From Clostridiaceae bacterium (GTDB lineage: Bacteria; Bacillota; Clostridia; DUPQ01): a stretch of DNA of 64,000 nucleotides. Below the pieces are notes generated by a model. That model did no database searches. It was not told the DNA's origin and saw nothing but the letters and a program-made list of their open reading frames with translations. The position numbers and the translations under genes were made by a program. This document shows positions 28,151 through 38,406 of the stretch, one piece after another (the first letter of the stretch is position 1; each line of letters opens with the position of its first letter). The stretch is taken from contig DUPQ01000071.1 in the NCBI GenBank assembly GCA_012838235.1, forward strand, positions 33,653 through 97,652, written 5' to 3'.

Positions 28151-28947
28151 TGTTGCTCCTCTCTTACATTATTAATTCCGAGCTTTTTGAAATAAATGAC
28201 AAAAGCAGGCTCTAAATAACTGTTGACAACAGCCTGCTTTTTAGCCCAGTCGGTATTTGTGTTTTCAAAATTGGCTATTTCCGGTAACTTCTGTAACATA
28301 CTCATGTCACCGTTTGTAAACTCCATAATCAAATCCCAGTAAGCCTTTGTCAGTTGCTGACATTGCTCGCTTTCCTGCGGTACATTCTCTTTTTGAAGTT
28401 TCAGTATTTCGTCACTTAAGGCATCAAATCTGTTTATAAAATCCATACTGCTCTCTCTATCAAAACGGTCACGGATATGATCCAGTGTATCATCATCAAA
28501 TTTTTTAATAAGAAAGTAATATTTATTATTCATCTGAAGGTTAACGATTATATCGGCATATTTCTTAAAATCCACTTTCTGCATTTGCAATACTTCGGTT
28601 TTTAACTGTTCTATGGCATTAAGAGAAGCAGTCAGGTTTTCTATTTCACTGCGTATTTTGTCTGCCTGTTCGGTAAGGGCATTTGCCACATCAGCCGGTG
28701 TATCCAGAGATATCAACCGCTGCTTTATATCATTTAAAGAAAAACCCAATGATTTTAAAGATACAATCTGATGAAGCACAACCAGGTCTTTGTCGGTATA
28801 GAGCCTGCGACCGCCTTCACTTTCGCCCGAAGGCGACAGCAGTCCTTCTTTATCGTAATACTGCAGTGTGCGGACCGTTACACCCATTTTCTTGGCCGCT
28901 TTACCTATGGTCATATATCCGTCCGGAATTGCTTTGTATTTTGCCAT
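28147..28947 (-). CDS. MerR-family transcriptional regulator with long C-terminal effector domain
   Basis: N-terminal HTH MTIGKAAKKMGVTVRTLQYYDKEGLL followed by a coiled-coil and a ~150-aa C-terminal domain. First gene of a MerR-ABC ATPase-permease operon. An alternative internal start lies at 28914. Confidence 0.85.
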   Translation of the reverse strand: MAKYKAIPDGYMTIGKAAKKMGVTVRTLQYYDKEGLLSPSGESEGGRRLYTDKDLVVLHQIVSLKSLGFSLNDIKQRLISLDTPADVANALTEQADKIRSEIENLTASLNAIEQLKTEVLQMQKVDFKKYADIIVNLQMNNKYYFLIKKFDDDTLDHIRDRFDRESSMDFINRFDALSDEILKLQKENVPQESEQCQQLTKAYWDLIMEFTNGDMSMLQKLPEIANFENTNTDWAKKQAVVNSYLEPAFVIYFKKLGINNVREEQQ

Positions 28948-28974
28948 AATTATTTACCTCCGCGTATATTATAG

Positions 28975-28995
28975 TTCATGACGCTACGTCACGAA
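28975..28995. promoter_or_regulatory. Imperfect 21-bp palindrome TTCATGACGCTACGTCACGAA, candidate MerR operator
   Basis: Core TGACG-CTA-CGTCA is a perfect dyad. Arms of 9 nt match 8/9. Located 28-48 nt upstream of the MerR start, next to a TATAAT on the minus strand (28966-28971), as expected for MerR-type spacer operators. Confidence 0.45.
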
Positions 28996-29132
28996 CAATA
29001 CCTTTTTAATAAATTTTCATAGTTTTTCTTTTTCTTGCATTTACCGGTTATTTTGCCGTTTGTTTGACACCGATAACCGGTTGTATTACAATCGGTTAGA
29101 CCGGTATTCGGTATAAAGATAAGGGCGGCGGA

Positions 29133-30317
29133 ATGATGAGCAGGTTGTTTTATGTTTCGGATTTTTTGAAAGAGGGAATAAGCGACAGTCAGGCTATAAA
29201 AGATTGCCTGAACTCTGCTAAAAGCTGTGATGAAAGAACAATAATATTTGATAAAAAAGACTACTATATTGATGCAGCAATTACCTTGCCTTCCGACACC
29301 ACCGTTATAATCGACGGGGTGATGATTAAGCAGAATGATTTTGTGCATGACAATGTATTCCGTGCGGACAATATGGAGACAGATCCCGATAATCCTTACG
29401 GTTATCCTTTATCTATAAAGGCGGCTAAAAATATTAAGATTATAGGGAAGAATGATGCGCTGATAGAAGGGCCAAAGAAGCACACAAGTTTTTGGCATCC
29501 CCATTTTAATGAAGAACAACTTGCCATAGGGGATTACTGGGGGTGGCGCGGATTCCAGGTGCTTATTTCCCGTTGTGAAAATTTTGAAATTCGTGATATT
29601 ACTTTTAAAAAAGTGAAGAGTTGGACGATTTCCGCAGACCGCTCTAAGAACCTGCATTTTTCCGATCTGCGGTTTTATTCCACGGTAAAAAACGGAGACG
29701 GTTTGAATATAAGAGCAGGGTGCAGCAATGTTGTTATAGAGAATATATCCGGGGAAACAACCGACGACCTTATTGCTATTAACAGCGCCACCGATGTTAA
29801 TCTCGTTTATCCTTTCAAACAGTATGTCTTTCCTCTTATTCCGTCCAACATATGCAAAGATGAGGAATCGATAGAGAACCGATACATTACCGATGTATCG
29901 GTGAGAAATGTATATACCTCCGGTGTGTCCGGAGTGGCTTTGTTATCACGACACGGCAATAAGATTAAGAATGTCAGTATTGATAATGTTATAGATACTC
30001 ATACCGGGCCTTTCATACATCCTCTTTATCCAAATGCAACCAATTTAAAGCTTGTCTACTCCTATACGGGATACTTCGGGGAGACATATACTCCGGGCGA
30101 TATATCGGGAGTAAGAATAAGCAATGTCCATTCCAAGTTTTTCAAGACAACGGTATTTTTCGGCGATGTGGTCCATGATGTATGTATTGAAAATGTTACG
30201 CAACAGCGCAGCGACGGAGAGCTTATTACTTTGCATGAACAGCAGGATCCGAAAGAAATAAAGGTCTTTTGCAAAAATGGTACGAATAATTCCTGTTTTA
30301 CTGCAAAATCCATATGA
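29133..30317 (+). CDS. Right-handed parallel beta-helix (pectin-lyase fold) protein, glycoside hydrolase family 28-like, no signal peptide
   Basis: Repeated beta-helix coil signatures (NVVIENISGETTDDLIAINSA; VSVRNVYTSGVSGVALLS). Resembles GH28/pectate-lyase superfamily proteins. Confidence 0.55.
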   Translation: MMSRLFYVSDFLKEGISDSQAIKDCLNSAKSCDERTIIFDKKDYYIDAAITLPSDTTVIIDGVMIKQNDFVHDNVFRADNMETDPDNPYGYPLSIKAAKNIKIIGKNDALIEGPKKHTSFWHPHFNEEQLAIGDYWGWRGFQVLISRCENFEIRDITFKKVKSWTISADRSKNLHFSDLRFYSTVKNGDGLNIRAGCSNVVIENISGETTDDLIAINSATDVNLVYPFKQYVFPLIPSNICKDEESIENRYITDVSVRNVYTSGVSGVALLSRHGNKIKNVSIDNVIDTHTGPFIHPLYPNATNLKLVYSYTGYFGETYTPGDISGVRISNVHSKFFKTTVFFGDVVHDVCIENVTQQRSDGELITLHEQQDPKEIKVFCKNGTNNSCFTAKSI

Positions 30318-30401
30318 ATAATTTGAAAAACGGCAAAAGGCGGGGAAGCAACCTGAAAATATTGTTTTTTCACATTTCTTTTTGTAAAATATATTAGTGT
30401 T

Positions 30402-30818
30402 ATGAGAAGTTACAGAAAAGAGCTATATTTCAATATCGGTACAAGAAGAGGGTTTGTGAATATTACGCCTCAACTTGAGCAATCTCTGAAAGAAAGCGGT
30501 ATCAGGGAAGGATTGCTTTTATGTAATGCCATGCATATAACCGCTTCGGTATTTGTTAACGATGATGAGAGGGGATTGCATCAGGATTTTGAAAAGTGGC
30601 TGGAGAAGTTAGCTCCGGAAAAACCTTATTCGCAATATGCCCACAACGGCTTTGAGGATAATGCCGATGCACATCTGAAAAGAACTATAATGGGCAGAGA
30701 AGCGGTAATAGCGGTAACAGACGGAAAACTTGATTTAGGTCCGTGGGAGCAGGTTTTTTACGGCGAGTTTGACGGTAAAAGACCCAAAAGAGTGCTTGTC
30801 AAGATAATAGGGGAATAA
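30402..30818 (+). CDS. YjbQ/UPF0047 family protein (secondary thiamine-phosphate synthase-like)
   Basis: 138 aa, [27 protein letters not shown] and [13 protein letters not shown] motifs typical of UPF0047. Confidence 0.75.
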   Translation: MRSYRKELYFNIGTRRGFVNITPQLEQSLKESGIREGLLLCNAMHITASVFVNDDERGLHQDFEKWLEKLAPEKPYSQYAHNGFEDNADAHLKRTIMGREAVIAVTDGKLDLGPWEQVFYGEFDGKRPKRVLVKIIGE

Positions 30819-30819
30819 T

Positions 30820-31455
30820 ATGAAAAAAGTTATAATATATATTTTAATTATCGCCATACTATCTACTATGCTGGTAGGATGCAATAAAAACATAGAGATT
30901 GTTAAACCGGAGCATGTGTCGCGAGGCGAAGTGGTTGACGGGTATTATGTAAACGAAGATATGGGATTTAAGATTAAGGTACCGGAAAATTATTACACAG
31001 CTACGGAAGAGGAACTGGATACTAAATTTGATATAAAGCAGCATGTAGAAGACGATGAACTGGAAGTCTTTATAACCTATCTTGCTTTCTTTTCACAAAA
31101 ACCCGTAGATGATGCACAGGACAATTCGCATATAATGATATCCGTAGAAGATGCAAGCAAATACGGTTATTCGGATAAAGATACCTACATTGAATATATG
31201 TCCAACAGTAAAGCCGATACATACAGAAATATAGAAGGGGCTAAAATAACCTTATCCAATCAGACAAATGTGTGGTTAGGTAACCGCAAATTTGCAAACA
31301 GAACCTTAACTTTGGATTTACACGACCTGTACATGATTTTCGATATGTACGCTGTTGTAAAGAACGGATACTTTCTTTCCATAATGATAGGTGCTCACAA
31401 TGAAGCCGATCTGGAGTATTTAAGAGGTTATCTGGACACTTTTACTTTTGAATAA
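30820..31455 (+). CDS. Hypothetical lipoprotein
   Basis: Signal peptide with lipobox (LSTMLVGC). No recognisable domain. Confidence 0.5.
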   Translation: MKKVIIYILIIAILSTMLVGCNKNIEIVKPEHVSRGEVVDGYYVNEDMGFKIKVPENYYTATEEELDTKFDIKQHVEDDELEVFITYLAFFSQKPVDDAQDNSHIMISVEDASKYGYSDKDTYIEYMSNSKADTYRNIEGAKITLSNQTNVWLGNRKFANRTLTLDLHDLYMIFDMYAVVKNGYFLSIMIGAHNEADLEYLRGYLDTFTFE

Positions 31456-31649
31456 TGAAAACGGACATTCAGTTAAATGATATAGTGGAACTCAAGAAAG
31501 CACATCCCTGCGGCTCAAACAAATGGCGTATTCTAAGAACCGGTGCGGATTTCCGACTGGAATGTCTCGGTTGCGGTCACAAAATTATGTTGACCAGAAA
31601 TGACTTATTCAAAAAGGTTAAAAATGTTTTGAAAGAAGATAAGGACTAA
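31455..31649 (+). CDS. DUF951 family small protein
   Basis: 64 aa. IVELKKAHPCGSNKWRILRTGADFRLECLGCGHKIMLTR with a CxxC pair. Confidence 0.55.
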   Translation: MKTDIQLNDIVELKKAHPCGSNKWRILRTGADFRLECLGCGHKIMLTRNDLFKKVKNVLKEDKD

Positions 31650-32026
31650 TCGGAAAGCAACTCGTCTATGTCCATATAAGTTGCTTTTTTTGTACCCTTC
31701 CTTATGTAAGAGTGAATCTGATTAACAATTTCAAAAGTGGTGTTTAACTGCGCATCATCAAAATCGTTAATCATTAATACCAGTTTGTCTTTGTTGTTGC
31801 ATGCCTTATGTTTTATCGAATCCATAGCGAGTGCATTGGGTGTAACGTCCAAAGCATTTGCTATTTTAACGACAACTTCCAGAGACGCCTTGCGTTCGCC
31901 TCTTTCCACCAAGCCGATGTATGATGTTGATAAATCACATCTCTCCGCAAGTTTTTCTTGAGACATGTTGTTCATGACTCTTTTCTCTCGGACTCTACTA
32001 CCAAAATTTTTATACAGTGAATCCAT
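31646..32026 (-). CDS. XRE-family (Cro/C1-type HTH) transcriptional regulator
   Basis: HTH MSQEKLAERCDLSTSYIGLVERGERKASLEVVVKIANAL. Confidence 0.75.
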   Translation of the reverse strand: MDSLYKNFGSRVREKRVMNNMSQEKLAERCDLSTSYIGLVERGERKASLEVVVKIANALDVTPNALAMDSIKHKACNNKDKLVLMINDFDDAQLNTTFEIVNQIHSYIRKGTKKATYMDIDELLSD

Positions 32027-32248
32027 ACCGTATATCCCCTTTCTGCTTATGATATGTCAAATTATAGCATTTTTAATATAATAGTCAATATAAATATAAT
32101 ATATAATTACAAAAATATAACATAATAATATAAGAAATAATACAAAATATTTAATATTTTATTATATATTATATTCCTTACAATAAATCTGTTAATATAA
32201 GCCGGGAAAATGTATAATAGGAATATCATATTTGGAGAGGTGTTTTGT

Positions 32249-33184
32249 ATGAAAAAACTATATTCTCTCGTAATACCGCTGTATAACGAAGAACAGGTAA
32301 TACATGAATGTATAAAAAGAGTAACCGACGTAATGAAAGATAAAGACTTTGATTATGAAGTTATTTTCGTTAATGACGGAAGCAAGGATGCAACAGAAAC
32401 TATTGTAAAGCAATATTGTGCTGAAGATGCTCATCTGAAACTTATATCTTTTTCACGTAATTTCGGGCATCAGACCGCTATAACCGCCGGAATGGACCAT
32501 TCGGCAGGTGATGCCGTTATAGTTATGGATGCCGACCTTCAGGATCCTCCCGAAGTGGTGTTGCAGATGATTGAAAAGTATGAAGAAGGATATGATGTGG
32601 TATATGCCGTACGTTCCAAAAGAAAAGGTGAAACCTTCTTCAAGAAGTTTACCGCCAAAGTATTTTACAGATTCTTAAAAAGCATGTGTGAAGTGGACAT
32701 ACCGGTAGACACCGGCGACTTCCGCCTCATAAGCAGGCAGGTATGCGATGTATTGAAAGGACTTACCGAGAGAAACAGGTATGTAAGAGGTCTTGTTTCA
32801 TGGGTGGGATTCAAACAGACAGGAATATATTACGAAAGAGAAGAGCGATTTGCGGGAGAGACCAAATACCCCTTAAAAAAGATGTTAAAACTTTCCATGG
32901 ACGGTATAACGTCGTTTTCCACAAAACCTCTTAAACTGACAAAATGGATAGGTTTAGTCACAACGGCTTCAGGCTTTATTTATCTTCTCGTTGTAATCAT
33001 ACAAAGGCTTATGGGAATACGGTTGCAGAACGGATGGATACCTGCCGTAATTGCCATACTGATTGTGGGCGGCATACAGCTTATCATGTCGGGTATAAAC
33101 GGCGAGTATATTGCCAGGATTTTTGACGAGAGCAAGAACAGACCTTTGTATATTATAAGAGAGAAGGTTAACATGGATGAATAA
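32249..33184 (+). CDS. Family 2 glycosyltransferase, GtrB-like polyprenyl-phosphate sugar synthase with two C-terminal TM helices
   Basis: LVIPLYNEE...FVNDGSKD...DADLQDPPE motifs (GT2 DxD). C-terminal hydrophobic pair. The ATG at 32249 follows a GGAGAGG RBS. The track start at 32210 is an in-frame extension. Confidence 0.85.
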   Translation: MKKLYSLVIPLYNEEQVIHECIKRVTDVMKDKDFDYEVIFVNDGSKDATETIVKQYCAEDAHLKLISFSRNFGHQTAITAGMDHSAGDAVIVMDADLQDPPEVVLQMIEKYEEGYDVVYAVRSKRKGETFFKKFTAKVFYRFLKSMCEVDIPVDTGDFRLISRQVCDVLKGLTERNRYVRGLVSWVGFKQTGIYYEREERFAGETKYPLKKMLKLSMDGITSFSTKPLKLTKWIGLVTTASGFIYLLVVIIQRLMGIRLQNGWIPAVIAILIVGGIQLIMSGINGEYIARIFDESKNRPLYIIREKVNMDE

Positions 33185-34010
33185 ATTTAATACAATACAT
33201 TTACATACCCCTTATTCCGACGGAATAAATTATTCACATGAATATATAGAAGAAGCAATAAGATTGGGACTGAAAAGTATAGGTTTTTCCGACCATGCTC
33301 CCGTGCCGCTGAAATATGATTGGGCAATGAAAAAAGAGAACCTGCCCAGGTATTTTGACGAGTTAAATTACATGAGGAAGGTGTACGGGAACAAGATAAA
33401 TATTTATATCGGATTGGAGTTGGACTATTTGGAAGGGCTGGATGTCAAAAAGTATATTGATTTTGACCAACTTAATCTGGATTTTGTTATAGGTACGGTC
33501 CACTACCTCTATTCCGACCGGATAGACGGTTTTGCTTCGGCCGACGGTACACAGGAAAGAGTGGATAAAGCTATCATTGAAGGTTTCGGCGGTGACGGGG
33601 TTGCTTTTTACAAAAAATACTATCAGACATTAAGGCAAATGATAACAGAATATAACCCGTTAATGATTGCTCATTTCGATATAGTGGAAAAAAGGAATAT
33701 AGGCAAGAAGTGGTTTGATGCCGATACCGATGAATATAAAGCTCATGTAGAAGCGACTTTGGATGTAATAAAAGATTCCTATATCGAAGTCAACACCGGT
33801 GCCATGGCAAAGGGCATTGATGTCATGTATCCTTCGGAATATATCTTAAGAAGATGTCGTGCGAAAAACTTGCGTGTATCGGTTAATTCCGACTGCCATT
33901 TTACATCGGCGTTACTGTTTGCTTACGATAAAGCGATAGACCGGCTTAAAAGAGCGGGCTACGATTGTTCTTATGTCTTTGACGGAGTTATGAAAAAAGT
34001 TAAATTTTAG
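33177..34010 (+). CDS. PHP-domain histidinol-phosphatase family protein (HisJ-like)
   Basis: N-terminal HLHTPYSDG...GFSDHAP PHP metal-binding motifs. ~277 aa, typical of HisJ/YcdX. Confidence 0.7.
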   Translation: MNKFNTIHLHTPYSDGINYSHEYIEEAIRLGLKSIGFSDHAPVPLKYDWAMKKENLPRYFDELNYMRKVYGNKINIYIGLELDYLEGLDVKKYIDFDQLNLDFVIGTVHYLYSDRIDGFASADGTQERVDKAIIEGFGGDGVAFYKKYYQTLRQMITEYNPLMIAHFDIVEKRNIGKKWFDADTDEYKAHVEATLDVIKDSYIEVNTGAMAKGIDVMYPSEYILRRCRAKNLRVSVNSDCHFTSALLFAYDKAIDRLKRAGYDCSYVFDGVMKKVKF

Positions 34011-34630
34011 TGTGTTTGTTTAAAAGGAATAAACCAGACCGACAAAGAAGAAACCGCTCCTATAAGTATTCCGATTAACAGATCTGAAATATGTGTCATC
34101 TTGGAAAGCAAAGCACAGACAATCCATGCCAGCAATATCAATCCGAACAGCAAAACTATCGGCAAGCATTTTGAACGTTTATGTATTTTTTTGTAGAAAA
34201 TCATTAAGAAAAAGCCGTTGGACAATATACATGAAGGTATGTTGGGAAAACTTGCAATACCGCTGTTTTTCAAAACTGCAACAAGAAATGCACTGTCGCC
34301 GAAATGGGGAATATCCATTCTGACCGGATAGGAAAGACTTATTATCAGGCAAATAAGAACCGATATTGCAATTGCTATTATAAGCCGGTAATATCCGTCG
34401 CCCGGACAGAAGAAAAGGAAAATAACGGATACGGCTGCAAGCGGCACCCAGGATATATATCCGTAAACGGCAAAATCAATAAAAGGAATATAGCTGTCAA
34501 GAAACATTTCAGTGGAAAAGAAGTTATCGCTTTTTTTAACAATCGCACATACTATCAAATAAAATATATACAAAAGAAAGAGTAACATAAGTAATATAAG
34601 CCGTCTGTATTTAACGAAAAAAGCCTTCAT
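34007..34630 (-). CDS. Polytopic membrane protein, possibly degenerate PAP2-family phosphatase
   Basis: Six TM segments. Weak PAP2-like motifs (SFPNIPS; SKMTHISD). The assignment is tentative. Confidence 0.4.
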   Translation of the reverse strand: MKAFFVKYRRLILLMLLFLLYIFYLIVCAIVKKSDNFFSTEMFLDSYIPFIDFAVYGYISWVPLAAVSVIFLFFCPGDGYYRLIIAIAISVLICLIISLSYPVRMDIPHFGDSAFLVAVLKNSGIASFPNIPSCILSNGFFLMIFYKKIHKRSKCLPIVLLFGLILLAWIVCALLSKMTHISDLLIGILIGAVSSLSVWFIPFKQTH

Positions 34631-34765
34631 AACTTTCCTTTCCGTATCTTAAAAAACTCTCATGCCCATTATAGTATCCTATCGGTAAACTTACAAGCGA
34701 AAGAATCGGTATACAGTCAAGCTTTATGTTAAAATATACTCAATCGGATATATAGAGGCGGAATA

Positions 34766-35116
34766 ATGAATATTCAGATTTTCGGAAAAACCAAATGCTT
34801 TGATACCCAAAAAGCCCAACGATACTTCAAAGAAAGAAAAATACCTTTCCAGTATATTAATATGCAGGATAAAGGTATGAGTAAAGGCGAGTTGGAAAAA
34901 GTTTTAAGAGCGGTAGGCGGAATGGAGAATCTTTTAGACTATAAAACAAAAGATCAGGATAAACTTCTGAGGATTAAATATGCAAAAGAGCAGGACAGGA
35001 CGACGCTGCTTTTTGAAAATCAGCACCTCATAAAAACTCCCGTCGTGCGAAACGGCAATAAGGCGACAGCGGGGTATGAACCGGGTGTATGGAAAGAATG
35101 GGAGGGTGACAAATGA
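34766..35116 (+). CDS. ArsC/Spx-family thioredoxin-fold protein (YffB-like)
   Basis: MNIQIFGKTKCFDTQKAQRYFKERKIPFQYINM, an N-terminal Cys-containing thioredoxin-like fold. Confidence 0.7.
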   Translation: MNIQIFGKTKCFDTQKAQRYFKERKIPFQYINMQDKGMSKGELEKVLRAVGGMENLLDYKTKDQDKLLRIKYAKEQDRTTLLFENQHLIKTPVVRNGNKATAGYEPGVWKEWEGDK

Positions 35117-36369
35117 TTACCATAGCTGTGATAGGCTTAGGCAACAGAGGCAGCGGTTATATGAGATGGACCAAACTTTTAAACGGCAGAAAAGCTAAAA
35201 TAACCGCATTATGCGATACCGATGAGTACAGACTCAATACATACGGCGACAAGTATGAAGTGGATAAAAGTAACAGATATCTGAATGAAGTCGATTTCTT
35301 TAAAGCCGGGAAACTGGCCGATGCCATATATATATGCACAATGGATAACGATCACTACCGCCATGCCATGGCGGCAATAGAATGCGGATATCACATAATG
35401 CTGGAAAAACCCGTCTCTATAAATATTGCCGAGTGTGAAGAGATACGCAACAAAGCAAAAGAAAAAGGTGTATATGTTGTAGTATGCCATGTAATGAGAT
35501 ATTCGCCGTTCTTCAAAAAGATGAATCAACTGGTAAAGAGCGGGAAGTACGGAAATATAATATCTATCGAGCATACCGAAAATATAGGTTACTTCCATTT
35601 TGCTCACAGTTATGTAAGAGGTAACTGGAGAGATTCGGAAAAAACCACACCCATGCTGATGGCTAAATGCTGCCATGACTTTGACCTTATACACTGGTTG
35701 ATGGGAGACGGTTGCAAATCCATATCTTCCTACGGCAGTCTTTCCTACTTTAAAAAAGAAAATGCACCGGAAGGCTGCGGCGACATATGCCTGGATTGTC
35801 CCAAGCATATTAAAAACAACTGCCCGTATGATGCCGAGAGCTTATACATTACCGCACCCATATGGAGATTTACTTTCTTGAAACTTTTAGGAGATGTCAT
35901 AACCGGAAAACCCAAATACAACAGAAAAGATAAATATGATTCGTTGCGGACCGGTCTGTTCGGCAGATGCGTGTATAAGTGTGACAACAATGCATTGGAC
36001 CATCAGGTGGTGACAATGGATTACGGTGATAACAGATATGTCAACCTGAATGTTACGGCATTTTCCGAAAAATGTTACAGACACACAATCCTGCACATGG
36101 AAAAAGCCGATATTCACTGCGACGAATCCAAAGGCAGATTCATAATCAACAGATTCGGAAAGGGAAGTAAAACGGTATATGCGGGAGTTATACGCCTTGC
36201 ACATATATCGGGTGACATGGCGCTGGTCAACAATTTTATAAAACTGTTATCCGGTGAACCCGTGGAAACCGACGATCTTACCTTCATCGATACAACCATA
36301 GTCAGTCATCGCAATGTAATGAAGGCAGAGCAGTCGAGAAAAGAAGGCGGAAAAGTTATATGGCTTTAG
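35113..36369 (+). CDS. Gfo/Idh/MocA-family NAD(P)-dependent oxidoreductase
   Basis: Rossmann N-terminus IAVIGLGNRGSGY...EKP motif. C-terminal alpha/beta domain. Confidence 0.8.
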   Translation: MITIAVIGLGNRGSGYMRWTKLLNGRKAKITALCDTDEYRLNTYGDKYEVDKSNRYLNEVDFFKAGKLADAIYICTMDNDHYRHAMAAIECGYHIMLEKPVSINIAECEEIRNKAKEKGVYVVVCHVMRYSPFFKKMNQLVKSGKYGNIISIEHTENIGYFHFAHSYVRGNWRDSEKTTPMLMAKCCHDFDLIHWLMGDGCKSISSYGSLSYFKKENAPEGCGDICLDCPKHIKNNCPYDAESLYITAPIWRFTFLKLLGDVITGKPKYNRKDKYDSLRTGLFGRCVYKCDNNALDHQVVTMDYGDNRYVNLNVTAFSEKCYRHTILHMEKADIHCDESKGRFIINRFGKGSKTVYAGVIRLAHISGDMALVNNFIKLLSGEPVETDDLTFIDTTIVSHRNVMKAEQSRKEGGKVIWL

Positions 36370-38384
36370 GAATAGGAATAGATACGGGCGGTACATATAC
36401 CGATGCCGTAATATATGACTTTGACAGCGGTAAAGTATTATGCTCCGCAAAAGCTCTTACCACTCATGAAAAGCTGGAGACCGGAATAATCAATGCGTTA
36501 TCCCGTTTAGATAAGCAATACTTTTCGAAAGTGGATATAGTGGCTCTGTCCACAACTTTGGCTACCAACGCCTGCATAGAAAACAAAGGCGGAAGAGCCA
36601 AGTTGCTGTTTTTCGGAGTGGAGCAAAAGGTTTTTGATATGGTAGGCAAGGATTACGGTCTTACCGACAAAAGTGATGTATATCTCTGTGAAAAAAGCGG
36701 TGATTTTTCCGGCAACAACACGCAGCAACCGAACTGGGATAAATTATTTACTCAACTGGATGACTGGTTGAACGATGCCGAAGGCTTGGGAATAGTGGAA
36801 GTATTTGCTGCAAGTAACGGTGCCAAACTGGAAAAGACCGCAAAGAAGTTGGTGGAAGAAAGATATGGAATTCCTGCGGTATGCGGTCATGAACTGTTTT
36901 ACGAACTAAACTCCATTCAAAGAGGAGCGGGCACTTTACTCAATGCCAAACTTATACCCATCATCAAACAGTTCTTAGAGAGTATAAAGTCGGCATTGGA
37001 AAAAATGCACATTAATGCACCCGTTGTGGTTATACGAAGCGACAGCACTAAAATGAGTGAACAATATGCCGAAACAAAGCCTGTGGAAACCATCCTGTCC
37101 GGACCGGCTTCATCGGTTACGGGCGGGGTGAATATAACGGAGGAAAAAAATTGCCTTATTATAGATATGGGAGGAACCACTACCGACGTTTCCATAGTAA
37201 AAAACGGCATACCGCTTAATGCCGACTCCGGGGTAAGGATAGGCTCGTGGAAGACATTTGTCCACGGCGTATTTATAGATACATTCGGTTTGGGGGGAGA
37301 CAGTACAATAAGGGTGGAGCACGGAAAGGTTGTGCAACTGCCTCAACGCATGATTCCTCTGTGTGTTGCCGCAACAAGATGGCCGGGTATAATTGAGCAA
37401 CTTAAGGAACTTATTGATTCAAAAAAGTATCACAGTTATCCTTTGTATGAATTTTTACTTTTACAGAAAAGTGTAACCGGTAATAATTCGCATATCATAC
37501 ACAACAAATATACAAAAGAAGAATCGGAACTTATAAATTTATTGGAAAAACAGCCCTTACCGTTGGAAAAAGCCGCAAATGCTTTGGGTAAGGATATATA
37601 CACATTTAACACGGAGCGATTGGAATCGGAGGGAGTGATAATACGGGCAGGTTTAACACCTACCGATATAATGCATGTGAAGAAAGATTTTAATGCCTTT
37701 GACGAAACCGCTTCAATAACCGCCGTGAAATATATTCTTTCAAACATTTTTGAGGAAACGGGTATTGAATATACTCAGGAAGAATTCTGCGATATGGTAT
37801 ATGACACCGTAAAACTTAAACTGTACGAAAATATCGTAAGAATACTGCTAACCGATAAATATCCCGATGATTTTAAAAGCGGGGTAAATGAGCAGACAAT
37901 GGCCCTTATACGCAATTCATATAAAGACCGTTTACATAAAGACCTGCCTGTTCGTTTTGCAACAGATATGTCTTTAGTCGGTATAGGGGCACCTACACAT
38001 ATATTCCTTCCCGATGTCGCAAAGGCTTTGGGCACAGGATGTGTAATACCTTCCGATGCAAAATATGCCAATGCGATAGGAGCGGTGGTAAGCAATGTAA
38101 GGTCGGTATATCAAATAGAGATTAGAAGCGAGTATGACAGTTCATATATGGTATATGCTCCTTCAGGCAGGTATGTGACAAATGATTTTGATGAAGCGGT
38201 GGAATATGCAAAGAAAGCGGCATCGGAAGCGGCTTTAAAAGATGCACAATCCAAAGGGATTGCCGATAACTACAATATTAATACACAGGTTATAACAAAT
38301 ACCGCAACGGCAAAAAAAGGAGAACAAATAAATCTTGGAACAACAGTTATTGCAACGGTAAGCGGGAATATGCAGTATAATTAA
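36360..38384 (+). CDS. Hydantoinase/oxoprolinase (HyuA-like) family protein
   Basis: N-terminal IGIDTGGTYTDAVIYD (ASKHA fold) and an internal second ATPase-like domain (IIDMGGTTTDVSIV). Confidence 0.7.
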   Translation: MALGIGIDTGGTYTDAVIYDFDSGKVLCSAKALTTHEKLETGIINALSRLDKQYFSKVDIVALSTTLATNACIENKGGRAKLLFFGVEQKVFDMVGKDYGLTDKSDVYLCEKSGDFSGNNTQQPNWDKLFTQLDDWLNDAEGLGIVEVFAASNGAKLEKTAKKLVEERYGIPAVCGHELFYELNSIQRGAGTLLNAKLIPIIKQFLESIKSALEKMHINAPVVVIRSDSTKMSEQYAETKPVETILSGPASSVTGGVNITEEKNCLIIDMGGTTTDVSIVKNGIPLNADSGVRIGSWKTFVHGVFIDTFGLGGDSTIRVEHGKVVQLPQRMIPLCVAATRWPGIIEQLKELIDSKKYHSYPLYEFLLLQKSVTGNNSHIIHNKYTKEESELINLLEKQPLPLEKAANALGKDIYTFNTERLESEGVIIRAGLTPTDIMHVKKDFNAFDETASITAVKYILSNIFEETGIEYTQEEFCDMVYDTVKLKLYENIVRILLTDKYPDDFKSGVNEQTMALIRNSYKDRLHKDLPVRFATDMSLVGIGAPTHIFLPDVAKALGTGCVIPSDAKYANAIGAVVSNVRSVYQIEIRSEYDSSYMVYAPSGRYVTNDFDEAVEYAKKAASEAALKDAQSKGIADNYNINTQVITNTATAKKGEQINLGTTVIATVSGNMQYN

Positions 38385-38406
38385 AAAGAAAGAAGGATTA
38401 ACAAAT

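Noticed and set aside
28683-28974. Plus-strand ORFs of 88 and 67 aa opposite the MerR gene
   Set aside because: Overlap the 5' end of a well-supported minus-strand MerR HTH coding region and have no homolog-like features.
28989-29348. 119-aa minus-strand ORF spanning the MerR/GH28 intergenic region
   Set aside because: Covers the promoter region and the 5' end of the plus-strand beta-helix gene. Lys/Ile-rich low-complexity translation.
35209-36450. Minus-strand ORFs of 199, 81, 105, 61 and 67 aa inside the Gfo/Idh/MocA and hydantoinase genes
   Set aside because: Antisense to genes with clear family motifs. No independent support.
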